Positions 63,268-64,000 of a stretch of 64,000 bases of DNA are shown one piece after another. The notes beneath the pieces are model-generated. The model was not told where the DNA came from. It searched no databases and was given only the letters and a program-made list of their open reading frames with translations. Source of the DNA: Nitrosopumilaceae archaeon. GTDB lineage: Archaea > Thermoproteota > Nitrososphaeria > Nitrososphaerales > Nitrosopumilaceae. The translations under genes and the position numbers were made by a program. The stretch is taken from positions 448,001 to 512,000 of the forward strand of contig CBDATR010000010.1 of NCBI GenBank assembly GCA_965200155.1. The letters run 5' to 3'. Every line of letters begins with the position of its first letter. The stretch's first letter is position 1.

Positions 63268-64000
63268 AGACCTTATGCGCATGATTGACAGTAACATCCC
63301 ATGTTGCTTCAAACTGGTATGAGTTCACCTGTGTCTAAATTTACGCACAACTGATCGCGACAGTTAATGTGATTTGTGCATAAGATTCCGGAAGACGTGA
63401 ACTCATACTCAAACTGGGTGTATTTTATTGCACACAATCAGTCAAGCATGAACAATGTTAATGGCACCTGCCAGCACTAACGTATGCCGTGTAGTGGGGT
63501 GACCGGATCTTGATGACGTATATCATGAGTGAGCTAAATGGTTACCACAAAACCCATTAATTTAGTGGATTTTCTGATAAGTAATATTCGAATTATAATA
63601 CCACAGAAATTATGGACAGATATTTTTCAAAAATTGCTTGTACCTGGTATGCTTGTGCATAATGTGTAAATTATGCAACCCGGATACTACGAGCAGATCT
63701 TCCCGGAATTCCTCACGACTACCATCATATACCTGACTTAATCTACGATATACCTTTAGCATTCGAATTACATTCTCGATTAATATGCGCCTTTTTGATA
63801 CATATTGGTTGTATTTCCTTTCAGTTTTAGTGAGTGATTCCCTACCCCTGTATGGAATTATGACCTTTGCGCCGGGTAGGAAGTCTTTCATACCCTGGTA
63901 TCCTGCATCTGCTATTACTGTTATCTTCTCAGATGGCAGCGTGGTTGATTCTTTTAGGGACTTGCCCCATTTGCCACCGAGGGGAATATCATTCTTGAAT
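63268..64000 (-). mobile_element. IS5-family element (copy 4), running off the window end
   Basis: ATT followed by AGACCTTATGCGCA end; transposase C-terminus 63610-64000. Confidence 0.9.
63317..63408 (-). mobile_element. MITE-1
   Basis: TSD TCAAACTG. Confidence 0.95.

Noticed and set aside
5054-63408. 92-bp repeats as a CRISPR array
   Set aside because: They are dispersed, in both orientations, with TIRs and 8-bp TSDs; there are no regular spacers or cas genes.

Overview
This window is archaeal DNA from an ammonia-oxidising thaumarchaeote (Nitrosopumilaceae-like). It carries 3HP/4HB carbon-fixation enzymes (hydroxypropionyl-CoA dehydratase, malonic semialdehyde reductase, methylmalonyl-CoA epimerase/mutase/MeaB), Rpo7-Spt4, Rpo6, ribosomal proteins L1/P0/P1/L32e/L19e, EndA, 5S rRNA, tRNA-Ile2(CAT), an intron-containing tRNA-Val(CAC), a Grs-like radical SAM enzyme, LivG/LivF and a tandem Tmk-like pair (possible PPK3). 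The mobile-element load is extreme, which suggests a host-associated (e.g. sponge) symbiont; that is an inference. It includes 31 full and 1 truncated copy of a 92-101 bp IS66-type MITE, one intact single-ORF IS66, one intact IS5-family element, a second GTAACCG-ended IS66/MITE family, and IS481, IS903-group and TnpB remnants. Most novel signal: at 7 apparently independent sites a 12-15 nt near-palindromic motif (RGAACCGGTTCY / GTAACCGG-type) occurs. At five of them it replaces 5-7 native bases with no target duplication, which suggests a sequence-specific DNA end-tailing/end-joining repair activity. MITE pairs also appear to move cargo as composite transposons. All product calls come from recognising protein motifs by eye; no database searches were run.
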